Shown here piece by piece: positions 1 through 11,490 of a stretch of DNA of 57,659 nucleotides. Location: positions 47,893,197-47,950,855 of the forward strand of contig NC_068997.1 in assembly GCF_001194135.2 (NCBI RefSeq), written 5' to 3'. Made by a program: the position numbers and the translations under genes. Position 1 is the first letter of the stretch. Each line of letters begins with the position of its first letter. The notes beneath the pieces are model-generated. The model worked only from the letters and a program-made list of their open reading frames with translations. It was not told the origin of the DNA and made no database searches. Source of the stretch: Octopus bimaculoides (lineage: Eukaryota).

Positions 1-49
<49 letters not shown>

Positions 50-429
50 GTATATATATGTATATATATATGTATATATATATATATATATATGTATGAA
101 TGTATATGTATATGTGTATATGTATATATATATATATGTGTATATATATATGTATGTATGTATCTATTATGTTATTTCATTGTGATTTGTTTAAGTGTGT
201 TTCCATTGCTGAATTCAAGCCAGTCACTAATGAAGTAGCAAGGTTCTTTTGTGTCAATCAAAACCAGCTCACGTGATTTGTGGTTGTCTAAATTGGTTCG
301 TGTATGCATGCATGCATGCATGTGTGTGTATGTTCGCGTGCTTGTCTTCGTGCCTTGCGTGCGTGTGTGTGTATGTATATATATGCACATTTGCCTATAT
401 ATCTGTTTGCATGTACGTATGTATATATG

Positions 430-1372
430 TAAGTATGTGCCTAGATATGAATCAGTGAGACCAAGGATTCTACTGCACCTGCGAATCGGTATGTTTTGAC
501 TTCTGTTTCAGGAAGCAACTGGTTTCTAACAAAAATACAAAGCTCCATTATTGGAATGTAGATAACAAAAAAAGTCATATTTTAAACTTGAGAAAAGTCT
601 TGCACAGTTATACTGTTCCGCTAACAGATTGTATTTGTAATGATCGAGTCAACTGGTTGATTTCTTTTTCGGAAAATCTAACCTTATCCAGACTGACAAT
701 TAGGCATTTACTTCCAAAATTAAGTGCTCCTCTTATTGCTGATATGAATGTAAATTCGTAATCTGGATAACGAAGCTGGAGATTTCGAAGCAGTTGTCCA
801 CACTTATCCTCTTTCTCTTTGATTTTCAAAGGGATATACCTGTCAGAAACTCAGCTGAACTCTATGACGTTACATAATTTTTCTTGTCTGTCCTAAACAA
901 AAATATCAGGACTGTTATGTTTACTTCACAAATGTTCTGATGGGAATACTCCTTTTCTACTCAAGGCACAAGGCCCGAAATTTGGGGGGAGGGTGGCAAT
1001 CGATTACGCAACTGGTACTTAATTTATCGACCCCGAAAGGATAAAAGGCAAAGATGACATCGGCGGAATTTGAACTCAGAACGTAAAGACAGACGAAATA
1101 CTGCTAAGCATTTCGCCCGGCGTGCTAACGTTTCTGCCAGCTCACCGCCTTTTGATGGGAATATTCCACCAATTTTCCTTGCGTTGTGTTTGTGTTTAAA
1201 TACAGGGGATTTTCTATATTTACTTCAGGGCAACATTTCTTTACTTATGTCATCGGATATTGTTTTAGCGATAACGTCATGTCGCATAGAGAAGCAATAC
1301 TTTGACATGCTTGGTCATCTGCTAATCGCATGTATGATGGTTTCCACAGAAATATGACATAATCTACATTAT
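430..1372 (-). mobile_element. Decayed R4/Dong-type (RLE) non-LTR retrotransposon, older subfamily: zinc knuckle + restriction-like endonuclease + 3' UTR, split by a SINE
   Basis: Minus-strand translation gives CRLCHISVETIIHAISR*PSMSKYCFSMRHDVIAKTI ... WWNIPI [SINE] ... HNSPDI ... KIKEKEDKCGQLLRNLQLRYPDYEFTFI ... LQIQSVSGTV*LCKTFLKF*. It is colinear with the better-preserved copy at 27298-27925, with stops and frameshifts. Confidence 0.85.
949..1152 (-). mobile_element. tRNA-derived SINE, family A, with 11-bp TSD
   Basis: Matches the other family A copies (A box TGGCAGAAACG, B box GAGTTCAAATTCC on minus). Flanked by TGATGGGAATA at 938-948 and 1153-1163. Confidence 0.9.
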
Positions 1373-1375
1373 GTA

Positions 1376-1541
1376 GTCTTCGAAGTAGCTTTCTCCGATC
1401 TGGTTTTGAGAAGTTTAATTTCTCAAGATTGGTATTTAGGCTGTGTGTTACATATCCCAGGGCCCTAATAATTGCAGGTATAAACCTGAATTTGTGATCT
1501 GGAAAGAGTAACCATAGATTTCTAAATAGTTCAGCGTATGT
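1376..1541 (-). mobile_element. RLE non-LTR retrotransposon fragment, younger subfamily
   Basis: YAELFRNLWLLFPDHKFRFIPAIIRALGYVTHSLNTNLEKLNFSKPDRRKL; closely similar to the C-terminal part of ORF 27416..27922. Confidence 0.9.
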
Positions 1542-2250
1542 ACATATGTATGTATGCACGCATGCATGCATGTATGTATATGTATGTAGTATGTACATAT
1601 GTATATGTATGCATGTATGTTTGTACGTGTGTATGTATGTACGCGTGTACGTATGTATTTATACAACGATGACATGAGAAAAAAGCCGAGGTAAATTCGG
1701 TGAACTTCTCTACTGTTGGGGACACATAGGGGTACGTTAAACCGGTTAATACATTCACAATGAGGAATATATACTCCACTTCACAATGTATATACTTCGG
1801 TCTAATGTTTTATTTGACAGTGTCACTATTTTCACACCAGATCAGCAGAAAAGTTATAGACAATATATCTCATTGCGGTACATACATGTAAGTTACCATT
1901 CAGACGCGCACGCACACACACACAGACAGACACACACACACACACACACACACATTAATGTCTACATGACCTCCTACACCACCACAACCACCACCACCAC
2001 CACCATCACCAACAACGCAACCACCACCATCACCACAATCACCATCACCATCACCACCATCATCACCCCAACCTCACCACCACAAGCAACGACAGCAGCA
2101 GAAAGATCACAGAAGATTACACACTCACTTGACTGGCAAAACACTCCCAAATCTCTGAAACACACCCACTCAACCGTTTTAAAATAAGGACACTCCAGTC
2201 GATGTGATTTTAGATAAACTGTGTTCAAAAATACAAAGAAAAAAAAACAC

Positions 2251-2520
2251 TGGATGGCTATGGTTGGAGTGCCTTTTGATCATAGATCTGCTAAACCAGT
2301 GATGACTTGGGGCTTATAAATAACAACGCCCCTACAGCGAAAAGGAACTGCTTCTTAATCACTGGACTGGCTAGAAAAAGCAGCCAAATCGCATTCAAAT
2401 CGCATCCTATTGTCTAAATAAGGATGGATAATGTTGTCCTCCATTCGCCAGAAAAACGGATAATCACAGCTAGAATACCTTTGATCATAAGTTTGTCCGC
2501 TCTGAGTGACCTATGGTTAC
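2251..2520 (+). repeat. Dispersed repeat with internal direct repeat (CCTTTGATCATA motif twice); related degenerate copy at ~23120-23285
   Basis: GTGCCTTTTGATCATAG (~2269) recurs as ATACCTTTGATCATAAG (~2475). GCAGCCAAATCGCATTCAAATCGCATCCTATTG resembles GACAGCCGAATCTCGTTGAAATCACAGCCTACTG near 23138. Confidence 0.4.
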
Positions 2521-3091
2521 ACCATATGTCTTCGTCTATCGTTTCAAAAAGCGTCCAACAGTGGCGGTGCAATCACTAAATCTTGATTTCTACTTCCTTG
2601 TGCTTTAGATTCTAAACGTTTCTGTAGTTTAAAATTTCCAAATAGTACTCTTTAACCCAGAAAACATAAACGTAGTACGTATTCCCACATATCCACAAAT
2701 TATTTAGATTAATATATTCATTATTATTATTGTAGACAATTGTAAGTAATCATTAACCACGATTCAGATTTTGAGTTTATTGATATTCAATCTTCAAATT
2801 CCTTTATTATATAAACTGTTCAATTCGATTATTGGAGTTTATCCAAATTCTGTATCAACTATATTTTTTCGATAAACAAATAATAATGAATTTCAACTGT
2901 AAACAAAATTTTTAAAAGTATATATCTATGATAGAAATGTAAAAATGTGAATTATAATGGATTACTGTTAGATTACATTTTAATTTTATTTCTAGACAAA
3001 TGATAAAACAGCTTTATCTAAATGGACATGAAGAAAGAAAGAAAGAAATATTAAGTAATTTAGAGTTTGGCTTAACTGATCTGATCTTAAC

Positions 3092-3420
3092 TGGCACTCA
3101 CTCCGTTGGTTATGTCTACGAAGGTCCCAATTGATCCGATCAACGGAACACTCTGCACATGAAATGAACGTACAAGTGGCTGAACACTCGACAGTTACAC
3201 GTACCCTTAACGTAGTTCTCAGGGAGATTCACCGCGACGAAGAATGTGACGAAGCGGGCCTTTTGGATTTCATGCACAGTTCATTTTTGCCAGATGAAAA
3301 CACTTGAGCACCGTGAAGTAAACCGTTTTGCTCAAGAACATAACATGCTGCTGGGAATTGAACTCACGGTCTTGCGATCGTGAGTTGAATACCCCTAACC
3401 ACAAAGCCATGAGCCTTCAC
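3092..3420 (-). mobile_element. tRNA-derived SINE, family C, full length
   Basis: On minus: TGGCTTTGTGG A box, GAGTTCAATTCC B box, and a body colinear with 38800-39123 and 46331-46646. Confidence 0.85.
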
Positions 3421-3890
3421 TGACTGATGTGGCTAAAATGCAAGACATAACAGAATTCTTGAAGAAGAATAGAGAAGTTCAATCCGCAGAATATGCAATA
3501 CAATGGGCCTGCAATTCAATGGTTTTCATCGATAGCAAATGTTGTTATTATTAGTCCGATCAACCGTAATTAAGAAATTATAGACTGTTCCAAATCCAAC
3601 ATCTCAAACAGAACAATCTCCTATTAATTGAGAATTGAATGAAGACATTAGTGAATGGCCTTTCCCGATAGCTCTTGATATGGGTGATTACTGAGCGAAA
3701 AGGAAAGAAACACAATACACAAGGATTTGGATTCAATGAAACGCAATGGATTTGAAGATTTCAGTGAATTCTAAGAGAGAAAGTCAATTGATGGTTAAAC
3801 TATTGGAAGGAAGTGGTTATGCTATTCAAAATCTACGGCTGGAATTTACTGCTTTCAATGTAAGTTGTTTAATAATCTCCAATGGTTTTG

Positions 3891-3933
<43 letters not shown>

Positions 3934-4247
3934 CGTATATGTATCTGTGTATATGCACATACACGCATAATTACGCATAGGCATACATACACAAGTACAC
4001 ACATACACACACAGGCAGACACATACATATATATATATATAGTGAATTGAATCATGCAACTAGATCTTTGCGCAATGTTCATTCCTTCCATGATTAGGTC
4101 CGTGATTGTAAGAGGTTAAGTGAACTTGAAAACGTTAATGGCCATCCATACGTGTGCAGTAAATAGTTTTGCTCAAACAAGACCTCATGCACCGGAGCGT
4201 ACTGATCCAGCACGACAAAAGTAAAAACACAAAGTGACTACATACTG

Positions 4248-4421
4248 ATTTCAAATTTTGGCACAAGGCCTGCAATTTCAGGGTAGCGGGTCAGTCGATT
4301 ACACCAACCCCAGTGCTCAGCTGGTTCTTATCTTATCGACTTCAAAGGGATGAACTGCAAAGTCGACCCTGGCGAAATTTGTGCTTAGAAGGTAAAGACA
4401 GACGAAATGCCGCTGAGCATT
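4248..4421 (-). mobile_element. SINE family A, 5'-truncated and diverged
   Basis: Colinear with the family A body (GTCGACC..GGCGAAATTTG..AAAGACAGACGAAATGCCGCT). Confidence 0.8.
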
Positions 4422-4679
4422 TATTGAGGTATTCATTAGGATATTCATTAGCACTAGTAATAATAAAAACAACGACACCAACACAAGGAATAAAAAAGGA
4501 AAAGAACAACGAGACCACCACCACTGCCCTCACAACCACCAATAACAGCAACGATACCACCACCATAAGGAAGACTGTACGGAAGCCTCTCTACGCGTAG
4601 TCCATCGACATAATACAAATAACTGCCAAAAATGCAGGAATTAATTAAATTGTAACGTTTTAAATATCAAGAGAAATCA

Positions 4680-4897
4680 TCCTTTCTACTAAAGACACAA
4701 AGCCTGATATTTTGGTGGAACGGATTGACTAGTCAATTAAATCGATCTCAGTTCATAACTGGTACTTATTTCATCGACTCTGAAAGAATGAAAAACAAAG
4801 TCGACATCGGCGGAATTTGAACTCAGAACGTAAAGACAGACGAAACACCGCTAAGCATTTTGCACTGCATGCAAACGATTCTGCTAGCCCACCGCTT
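4680..4897 (-). mobile_element. SINE family A
   Basis: Family A body and head (GTCGACATCGGCGGAATTTGAACTCAGAACG...GCTAGCCCACCGC). Confidence 0.85.
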
Positions 4898-4900
4898 TCT

Positions 4901-5054
4901 GTAACCTAGCGGTTCTAAAAAAGACACGGATAGAACAAGCACTAGGCTTTAAAAATAAGTTCTGGATTCGATTTGTTCAACTAAAACCCTTCTAGGCGGT
5001 GCTCCAGCATGGCCGCAGTCAAATGACTGAAACAAATAAAAAGTATAATAAGAG
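4901..5054 (+). mobile_element. SINE family B, 3' part
   Basis: TAGCGGTTC...GGCGGTGCTCCAGCATGGCCGCAGTCAAATGACTGAAACA tail shared with other B copies. Confidence 0.85.
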
Positions 5055-5065
5055 GAACTTTTATT

Positions 5066-5212
5066 ATTCTTTTCTACTCTAGGCACGAGACCCGAAATTT
5101 TTATGGAGGGGCCAGTCGATTAGATCGACCCCAGCACGTAACTGGTATTTAATTTATCGACTCCGAAAGGATGAAAGGCAAAGTCGACCTCGGCGGAATT
5201 TGAACTCGGAAC
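5066..5212 (-). mobile_element. SINE family A, 3' two-thirds
   Basis: Near-identical to part of 42404-42614. Confidence 0.85.
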
Positions 5213-5239
5213 ATCAAGACATCAAGAGCGTCAGAACAT

Positions 5240-5710
5240 CAGAGCGTCAGAAAATTGCTTTGCAGCTTTCGTTCTAGCTCTTACCGTTTTGAGTTCGAAT
5301 CCCGCATCAAGCTCAACTTTGCCTTTCAGCCTTTTGGGAGTCAATAAAATAAAGTACCCGTCAAGTACTGGGATTCATGTAATCTAGTAGCACCTTTCCT
5401 CCAAATTTCTGGCTGTGTGCCTATAGTAGAAAGGATTCTTCTGGGGTTGATAAAGTACCAGTTATATACTGCGATCGATGATGTCGACTATTTCTCCATC
5501 TCTCGAAACTGCTTAAACCAGAAAATATTATTATTCAAATGTAAAAGGTACGGAGATGGTAGAATCGTTAGAGCGTCACAAAAAATAGTCCTTTGCGGCT
5601 TTCGGTCTGGCTCTTTACGTTCTGAGTTCAAATCTCGTCTAGGTCAACCAAGAATTACATCCCTGCAGGGTCGCAGAAACTGCTGGCATTGTGCCTAAAT
5701 TAGAGACAAT
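5240..5710 (+). mobile_element. Cluster of older family A-related SINE copies
   Basis: GAGTTCGAATCC and GAGTTCAAATC B boxes, AAGTACC core, and the CTATAGTAGAAAGGATT tail at ~5421-5437. Confidence 0.65.
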
Positions 5711-6184
5711 TATTATTAACATGAAAGAAATCCTTAATATGATCTCTAACTCTTGTGCGCAAGGCGTGAAAATGTGAGGAAGGAACTGGTTATATTGTTA
5801 AGTGGTAGAACACAGCGATGCAATTTTCAACGCGTGTTTCCTCCTAAATTAATTTTTTTTTCCATTATCTACTACACAGGATTAATAAAATTCCAAGATA
5901 GATAACCTATTAAAATTTTATATCAATGTATTATCCAATTACAAATGAAGTAATCCGAGTTGAAAGAATTCAGGTGTTTCGTCTGGCATTGAATCAAAAG
6001 TAGTTTCGTACGTTCATGTTTTGAGGTCACGACTTTGTAAATCTTGAAACCTCATGTGAAATTGTTCCAAATGAAGGAAAAACTATAAGTAAGGTTTATG
6101 GAAGTGTAAGTAAAAGTATACGGTAAGTAAAAGTATACTGCAAAGTACTTGCAATTAGTTCAGTCGATTGCAGGAGTAAGAGAG

Positions 6185-6318
6185 TTCAGTTCTCATGTAA
6201 GAGACTCAAGCGAACTGTTGGTATGCGTGACGCTTTGGCAAGTGTCTTCTACTATAGCCTAGGGCCAACCAAAGCGTTGTAAGTGGATTTGTTAGATGGA
6301 AACTGAATGAAGCCTGTC

Positions 6319-6377
<59 letters not shown>

Positions 6378-6578
6378 CGTGTGTGTACGTATGTGTGTCT
6401 CCGCCTCTACCGCTTGACAACCGGCGTTGTTGTGATTATGTCCTCGTAAATTAGCGGTTCGGTAAAACAGGTCGATAGAATAAATACTAGGCTTTAAGAA
6501 AACATTTGACCATAAATTCTTCAAGGCAGTGCCCCGACATGGCCGCAGTCTAATGACTGAAACACTTAAAAGATAAAG
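6185..6578 (+). mobile_element. SINE family B (CORE-like domain, internal (TA)n)
   Basis: GGCAAGTGTCTTCTACTATAGCC core, internal microsatellite, ATGGCCGCAGTCTAATGACTGAAAC tail. Confidence 0.85.
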
Positions 6579-6599
6579 TTATATAGGTATATATATATA

Positions 6600-6763
6600 T
6601 ATATATACGTTAGGCTTCTACATACTTTCTGTCGAGAAAATCCAGTCACAAGTTTTTGGTTGGCCCGAAGCTATTGTAGAAAACATTTTTCCAAAGTGCA
6701 AGGCAGTGGAACTGAACCCGAAACCATGTAGTTGGGAAGCAAACCTCTTACCGCACAGCCATG
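6600..6763 (-). mobile_element. SINE family B, 5' half, inverted relative to 6185-6578
   Basis: Minus strand reads ATGGCTGTGCGGTAAGAGG...GGGTTCAGTTCC (A/B boxes). Confidence 0.75.
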
Positions 6764-8302
6764 TACACGTAGTTGCACACACTCAGATACCACACAAACA
6801 CATACAGGAATATTAAAGGACGCAAAGCTAAAATACAGGAAACTAGTTTATTACAAATAACACAGATCTCATATAAAAACAAACAACTAGACATATTAAC
6901 TGGTTTCTAACTAGCAGTATTATATTGCACGTTTCTGTTAATATGATGACTTGGAGTTATTTGAATCTATGAGATTATCAAGCCAGAATGAACATTATTA
7001 GACTGAAATCCTAGACAAGTGGCTCAAGTGCGCATTTGCGTTATGAGGTGCAAAACAATGATCTTGCTATGTTACTCTGTGTACGTGTGGCGACAGCTGA
7101 AAGGGTAACAAGTTTGCATACGTTAATGCAATAAAAACAATAGTCGGCTTTATAAGATGAGATCTATAATAAAAATATAATTTCCTCTACGTATTTTTTG
7201 TTGTTAAATATTCTGAATTTCTCGAAATTCTACAAAAGGATATTTGGATTTACCTGTCAGCCACGAGGATTTACCTGCGATATGTATTCTACTTACATTT
7301 ACTGGTATCTGATTGCTGAACATTTATAACCAAATCCTTTTAATACCGAGTACTTCATCGATAACGGCCAAGAGATTTTTTAATCCCATTTTTTTCTTCT
7401 ANNNNNNNNNNNNNNNNNNNNNNNNNNNNNNNNNNNNNNNNNNNNNNNNNNNNNNNNNNNNNNNNNNNNNNNNNNNNNNNNNNNNNNNNNNNNNNNNNNN
7501 NNNNNNNNNNNNNNNNNNNNNNNNNNNNNNNNNNNNNNNNNNNNNNNNNNNNNNNNNNNNNNNNNNNNNNNNNNNNNNNNNNNNNNNNNNNNNNNNNNNN
7601 NNNNNNNNNNNNNNNNNNNNNNNNNNNNNNNNNNNNNNNNNNNNNNNNNNNNNNNNNNNNNNNNNNNNNNNNNNNNNNNNNNNNNNNNNNNNNNNNNNNN
7701 NNNNNNNNNNNNNNNNNNNNNNNNNNNNNNNNNNNNNNNNNNNNNNNNNNNNNNNNNNNNNNNNNNNNNNNNNNNNNNNNNNNNNNNNNNNNNNNNNNNN
7801 NNNNNNNNNNNNNNNNNNNNNNNNNNNNNNNNNNNNNNNNNNNNNNNNNNNNNNNNNNNNNNNNNNNNNNNNNNNNNNNNNNNNNNNNNNNNNNNNNNNN
7901 NNNNNNNNNNNNNNNNNNNNNNNNNNNNNNNNNNNNNNNNNNNNNNNNNNNNNNNNNNNNNNNNNNNNNNNNNNNNNNNNNNNNNNNNNNNNNNNNNNNN
8001 NNNNNNNNNNNNNNNNNNAATATATGGGCATGGTATAATATAAATGGCTATGGTATAATATAAATGGCTATAAGTAAACTAGTATTATTATACCACATAA
8101 TGACCTTGCGTATCTTATTATCATCTCTAGTAAGTAGCCATGACAGTACATTATACCGTGATTATAGGCTGATAGTGTAATGTTTATGGAAACCACACCT
8201 AATAACTTACTATTATAATTATATTCATACCTAGAATGCACAAGCATTTATAATTCTTTATTTTATCAGTTCGACCTCGAAAGGGAGGCAGATAAAGTTA
8301 AC

Positions 8303-9175
8303 CGTCTCCATGAACATTAACTCCAAGACATGAATTCGACGCCAAGTGTTGGGCAATATAACTTCACTAAAGTCATTAAAGTAGCGCAGTCTTTTGCATC
8401 ATCATGTTCCATCTCAAATCTGAAGTCGTCTTTTACTCTGCGTAGACAACATTGCAGCAACACCGATGCTATGCGGCTTTTGAGCATTCAGAAGAGCATT
8501 GGTATTGCTGCATGCCTATCTCCAATGGATTGTGGCTTGTACACGTTTAATGGATTTGTGGTAATCTGTTTCTGATGGTCTCTCGACTAAGCATTAGTAT
8601 TTGAAGTCAGAACGTAAAATGTCGCTGCTAAATACCGCAAGCATGCATTTTTAACTCAAGTGAAAGGAACATTCAGGATAATTGAACTCGATGTGGATAA
8701 AACTGCTTAAAGAAAAAAAGAAAAATCTATTTAACTTCTAATAGTTTACGTCTCATAAAACAGATTGCAGGAAAAACAATGCTTACGAAATGCGCATATT
8801 CTAGAAACGACCGGAGACAGATTCCAACAAATGCAATGATCTGTTGCATGTGCACATGTTACAAACCATTGGAGACAGATTACAATAAATGCAACGATCT
8901 GTTGCGTGTGCACACGTTACAGACCATTGGAGAGAGGCTTACAACAATATCAATGCTCTTACAAACGCACAAAAGTCATATACTATGGGCGTAGTTGCAG
9001 TATTGTCTACGCAGTATAAAAGGCGACTTTAGATATGATATGGGATATGACGTCACAAAAGATTGGGTTACTTAAATGACTTTAGCGAAGTGATATGGCT
9101 ACAACTGGGAATCAGAATCACGCCTTGAAGTTACTTAATTTTTATCACAGTTTTAAAATGTTGTTCATGGAGACG
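8303..9175. repeat. Diverged long inverted repeat (arms 8303-8578 and 8866-9175) with a ~58-bp tandem repeat at 8809-8935
   Basis: The reverse complement of 8317-8578 aligns to 8866-9133 (e.g. TTGTCTACGCAG, AATGACTTTAG, CAATGCTCTT shared). The outer 14-mer CGTCTCCATGAACA (8303-8316) / TGTTCATGGAGACG (9162-9175) is an exact inverted match. Confidence 0.8.
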
Positions 9176-9411
9176 TTTGGCGGTTCTTAATTGCAGTCTC
9201 TCATATCGGCAATAATTTTGCAGGAAAATAATTTCTGTAAGTAAATCTTTTTTTTTTTTCTGTTAGTCCGTCAGTACCGACCGATCCTGTTCCACATCGT
9301 CCAAATAATTTGAATTAGGAACGTAGAGAATCGGAACTGATCACCGCTCTAACGATTCGGCCACTCCACCGTTCTTAACAACAACAGCAATAGCGACGAC
9401 GACGACGATGA

Positions 9412-11100
9412 TTTCTTTTATTGGCGAAATGGGTCCAAGACATGGAGGACAATGCCAAGGGCAAAATATAATACCCAAACAAGTAGGGTTTAGATCGATC
9501 AAAGGGAGGCACTACAGCATCAAGCATACAACAAAAGGATATAAAATAGAAAAGAAAAAATATAATTAATTAATAGAATCCCCTATAGCGGGGCAGTCCA
9601 CTCTTTGGGTTAAGTAGAGGAAAACCGCAAACAAATGGATCCCAGATTACTTTGTCGTCTCCAAGGCATAGGAAGTGTCACCTTCCAGTTTCTTTCCACC
9701 GACTTAGAAAAACATACTCAGTGTAGATCCATTCAACCGCAAAGTCTTGCCACTCTCATCCACTTTTTGATAAACACACTAAGATGCAACACTTCCTTCT
9801 CTATCCTCGCCTTCTTCAAATAACATTTGAAAAAATTGACGAGATTTGGCCAGATAGGAAAGTATCTGTATTTGAAACCTTTCAGACACTTCCACTACAC
9901 AAACTCTTTTGCCACAGCCATATGACAGAGAAAGACCTGCCTTCCTTCTTTACCAAAGGAAGATGGTGCATTGATCTTCATCATACACTCGGCAGACAGT
10001 TGGTTTCGTTTTACACGAGTCAGCAGCTGCTCGACACGAGCCCACAAGACTCCAAGAATCTAGTTGCAAACCGATTTGTCTTGGTGTATATGTGCTCCTG
10101 TACATACCTCGGATAGCCACCAAATAGCGATGGTCCAATCTGTCAAATGCCTTGGACTGATCCAAATTGACCAGTGTTTTTCGAAAGCCAGATCTATTCC
10201 CGACCCGTTCTAAAATGTATCGCATGAGCTTGAAATTGGCGTTGATAGATCTACCGGGGATTAGACAGGTTTGCGCGTCTTCCACTACACTACTGACAAC
10301 AAGACATTTTAGCCAAAATCTTTGATTCAGTGTTGAAGAGAATTATGGTCCTGAATGTTCTATCACATTCCCCTTGTTCGGAACCTTCCTCAGCAGAGTC
10401 ACCACTGCCCGAATGCTTTTAGGTGATCCACCACGACCATTCGCATATGCTCGCACTCTCCGAAACAGAAAATATCTTTGAGGCCAAAAACTTCTTCCAG
10501 AACAACCAAAACCTGGAATTTTATTGACGTTCTTTCTCTGTTTTGTTGGGGAATTGGTTTCATACTTATTATACCCCTGTGCTTCTCCATCATTACTCTG
10601 GCCTGATCACTACGAGGAGGTACGTATGTAGACCTGACATTCCACGACATTCCATGTATAAGAGGAGCATCACGCACTGCTCAGAGAAGCAGGTCAGTGT
10701 AGCCAACCTAGGCGCAGGTCATTGTAGCCAATCTAGGCGCAGGTCAGTGTAGCCAACCTAGGCGCAGGTCATTGCAGCCAACCTAGGCGCAGGTCATTGT
10801 AGCCAACCTAGGCGCAGGTCATTGTAGCCAATCTAGGTGCTTTCTCTTAGTTGATGCAGATAGCTACTAAGGTCCCATCTGGTCTTCCTTGGCAGATATA
10901 CATCAACTCAGAAGGCCATACTTCTTCCAGACATTTTCCTATTTCGGCTGGAGAAGGGTGTTGTAGCTTCCTTTCTGCAGAATCGACGCACGTATAGAAT
11001 ATTGTTTTTTCTTAGTGCACACCGTTTCCTCTTCTAGGAGTGCCATGGCGCCAGGTCAGATAAAATCTTATATTTTTTAACGGCTTCCTCTTTCCCTTGC
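9412..11100 (-). mobile_element. Internally deleted L1/Tx1-like LINE: RT fragment fused to C-terminal domain, 3' UTR ending AATAAAGAAA
   Basis: RT motifs VVTLLRK..NKG, QTCLIPGRSI..N..LMRYILE and LVNLDQSKAFDRLDHRYL (~10115-10420). These join directly to the C-terminal LWARVEQLLTRV...FLCHMAVAKEFV*WKCLKG, with a stop at 9704-9706. The 5' extent (10450-11100) is tentative. Confidence 0.8.
10689..10840 (+). repeat. 25-bp GC-rich minisatellite, 6 copies
   Basis: GCAGGTCAKTGYAGCCAAYCTAGGY starting at 10689, 10714, 10739, 10764, 10789 and 10814. Confidence 0.98.
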
Positions 11101-11490
11101 AGTGAATTGATGATCCACTAATTCGTAATATTTGTGAAGGATGTTTTTACTTTTGAGTATGTTTCATCCTTACTGTCGTGGTTGTTGATACTCTCCTTAT
11201 AAAATGCATTACCGTTGCTTTCTTTGTTGATACTGTTGTTGTTGTTGTTGTCAGCGTCACTGTTGACGCTGTTAATGCTGCAGCCAATCACACAATTATT
11301 CTTGTTGTGGTTGCTAGTTTCGTAACTGTTATTGCTGGAGTTGCGGCGGGTCTCATGTTGCCTGAGAAAAAACAACATTAGTTTGTGTTAGTGGCTTTGT
11401 TTTTGCTGTCGTCGGCGTTGTTGTTGTAGTGGTTGGTGGTGTTGGTGGTGGCATTATTACTATTATTTGTAGGCATTTTTCTAATTTCAG

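Noticed and set aside
10689-10840. Regularly spaced 25-bp repeats resembling a CRISPR array
   Set aside because: The units are contiguous with no unique spacers, the context is eukaryotic and there are no cas genes; it is a minisatellite.
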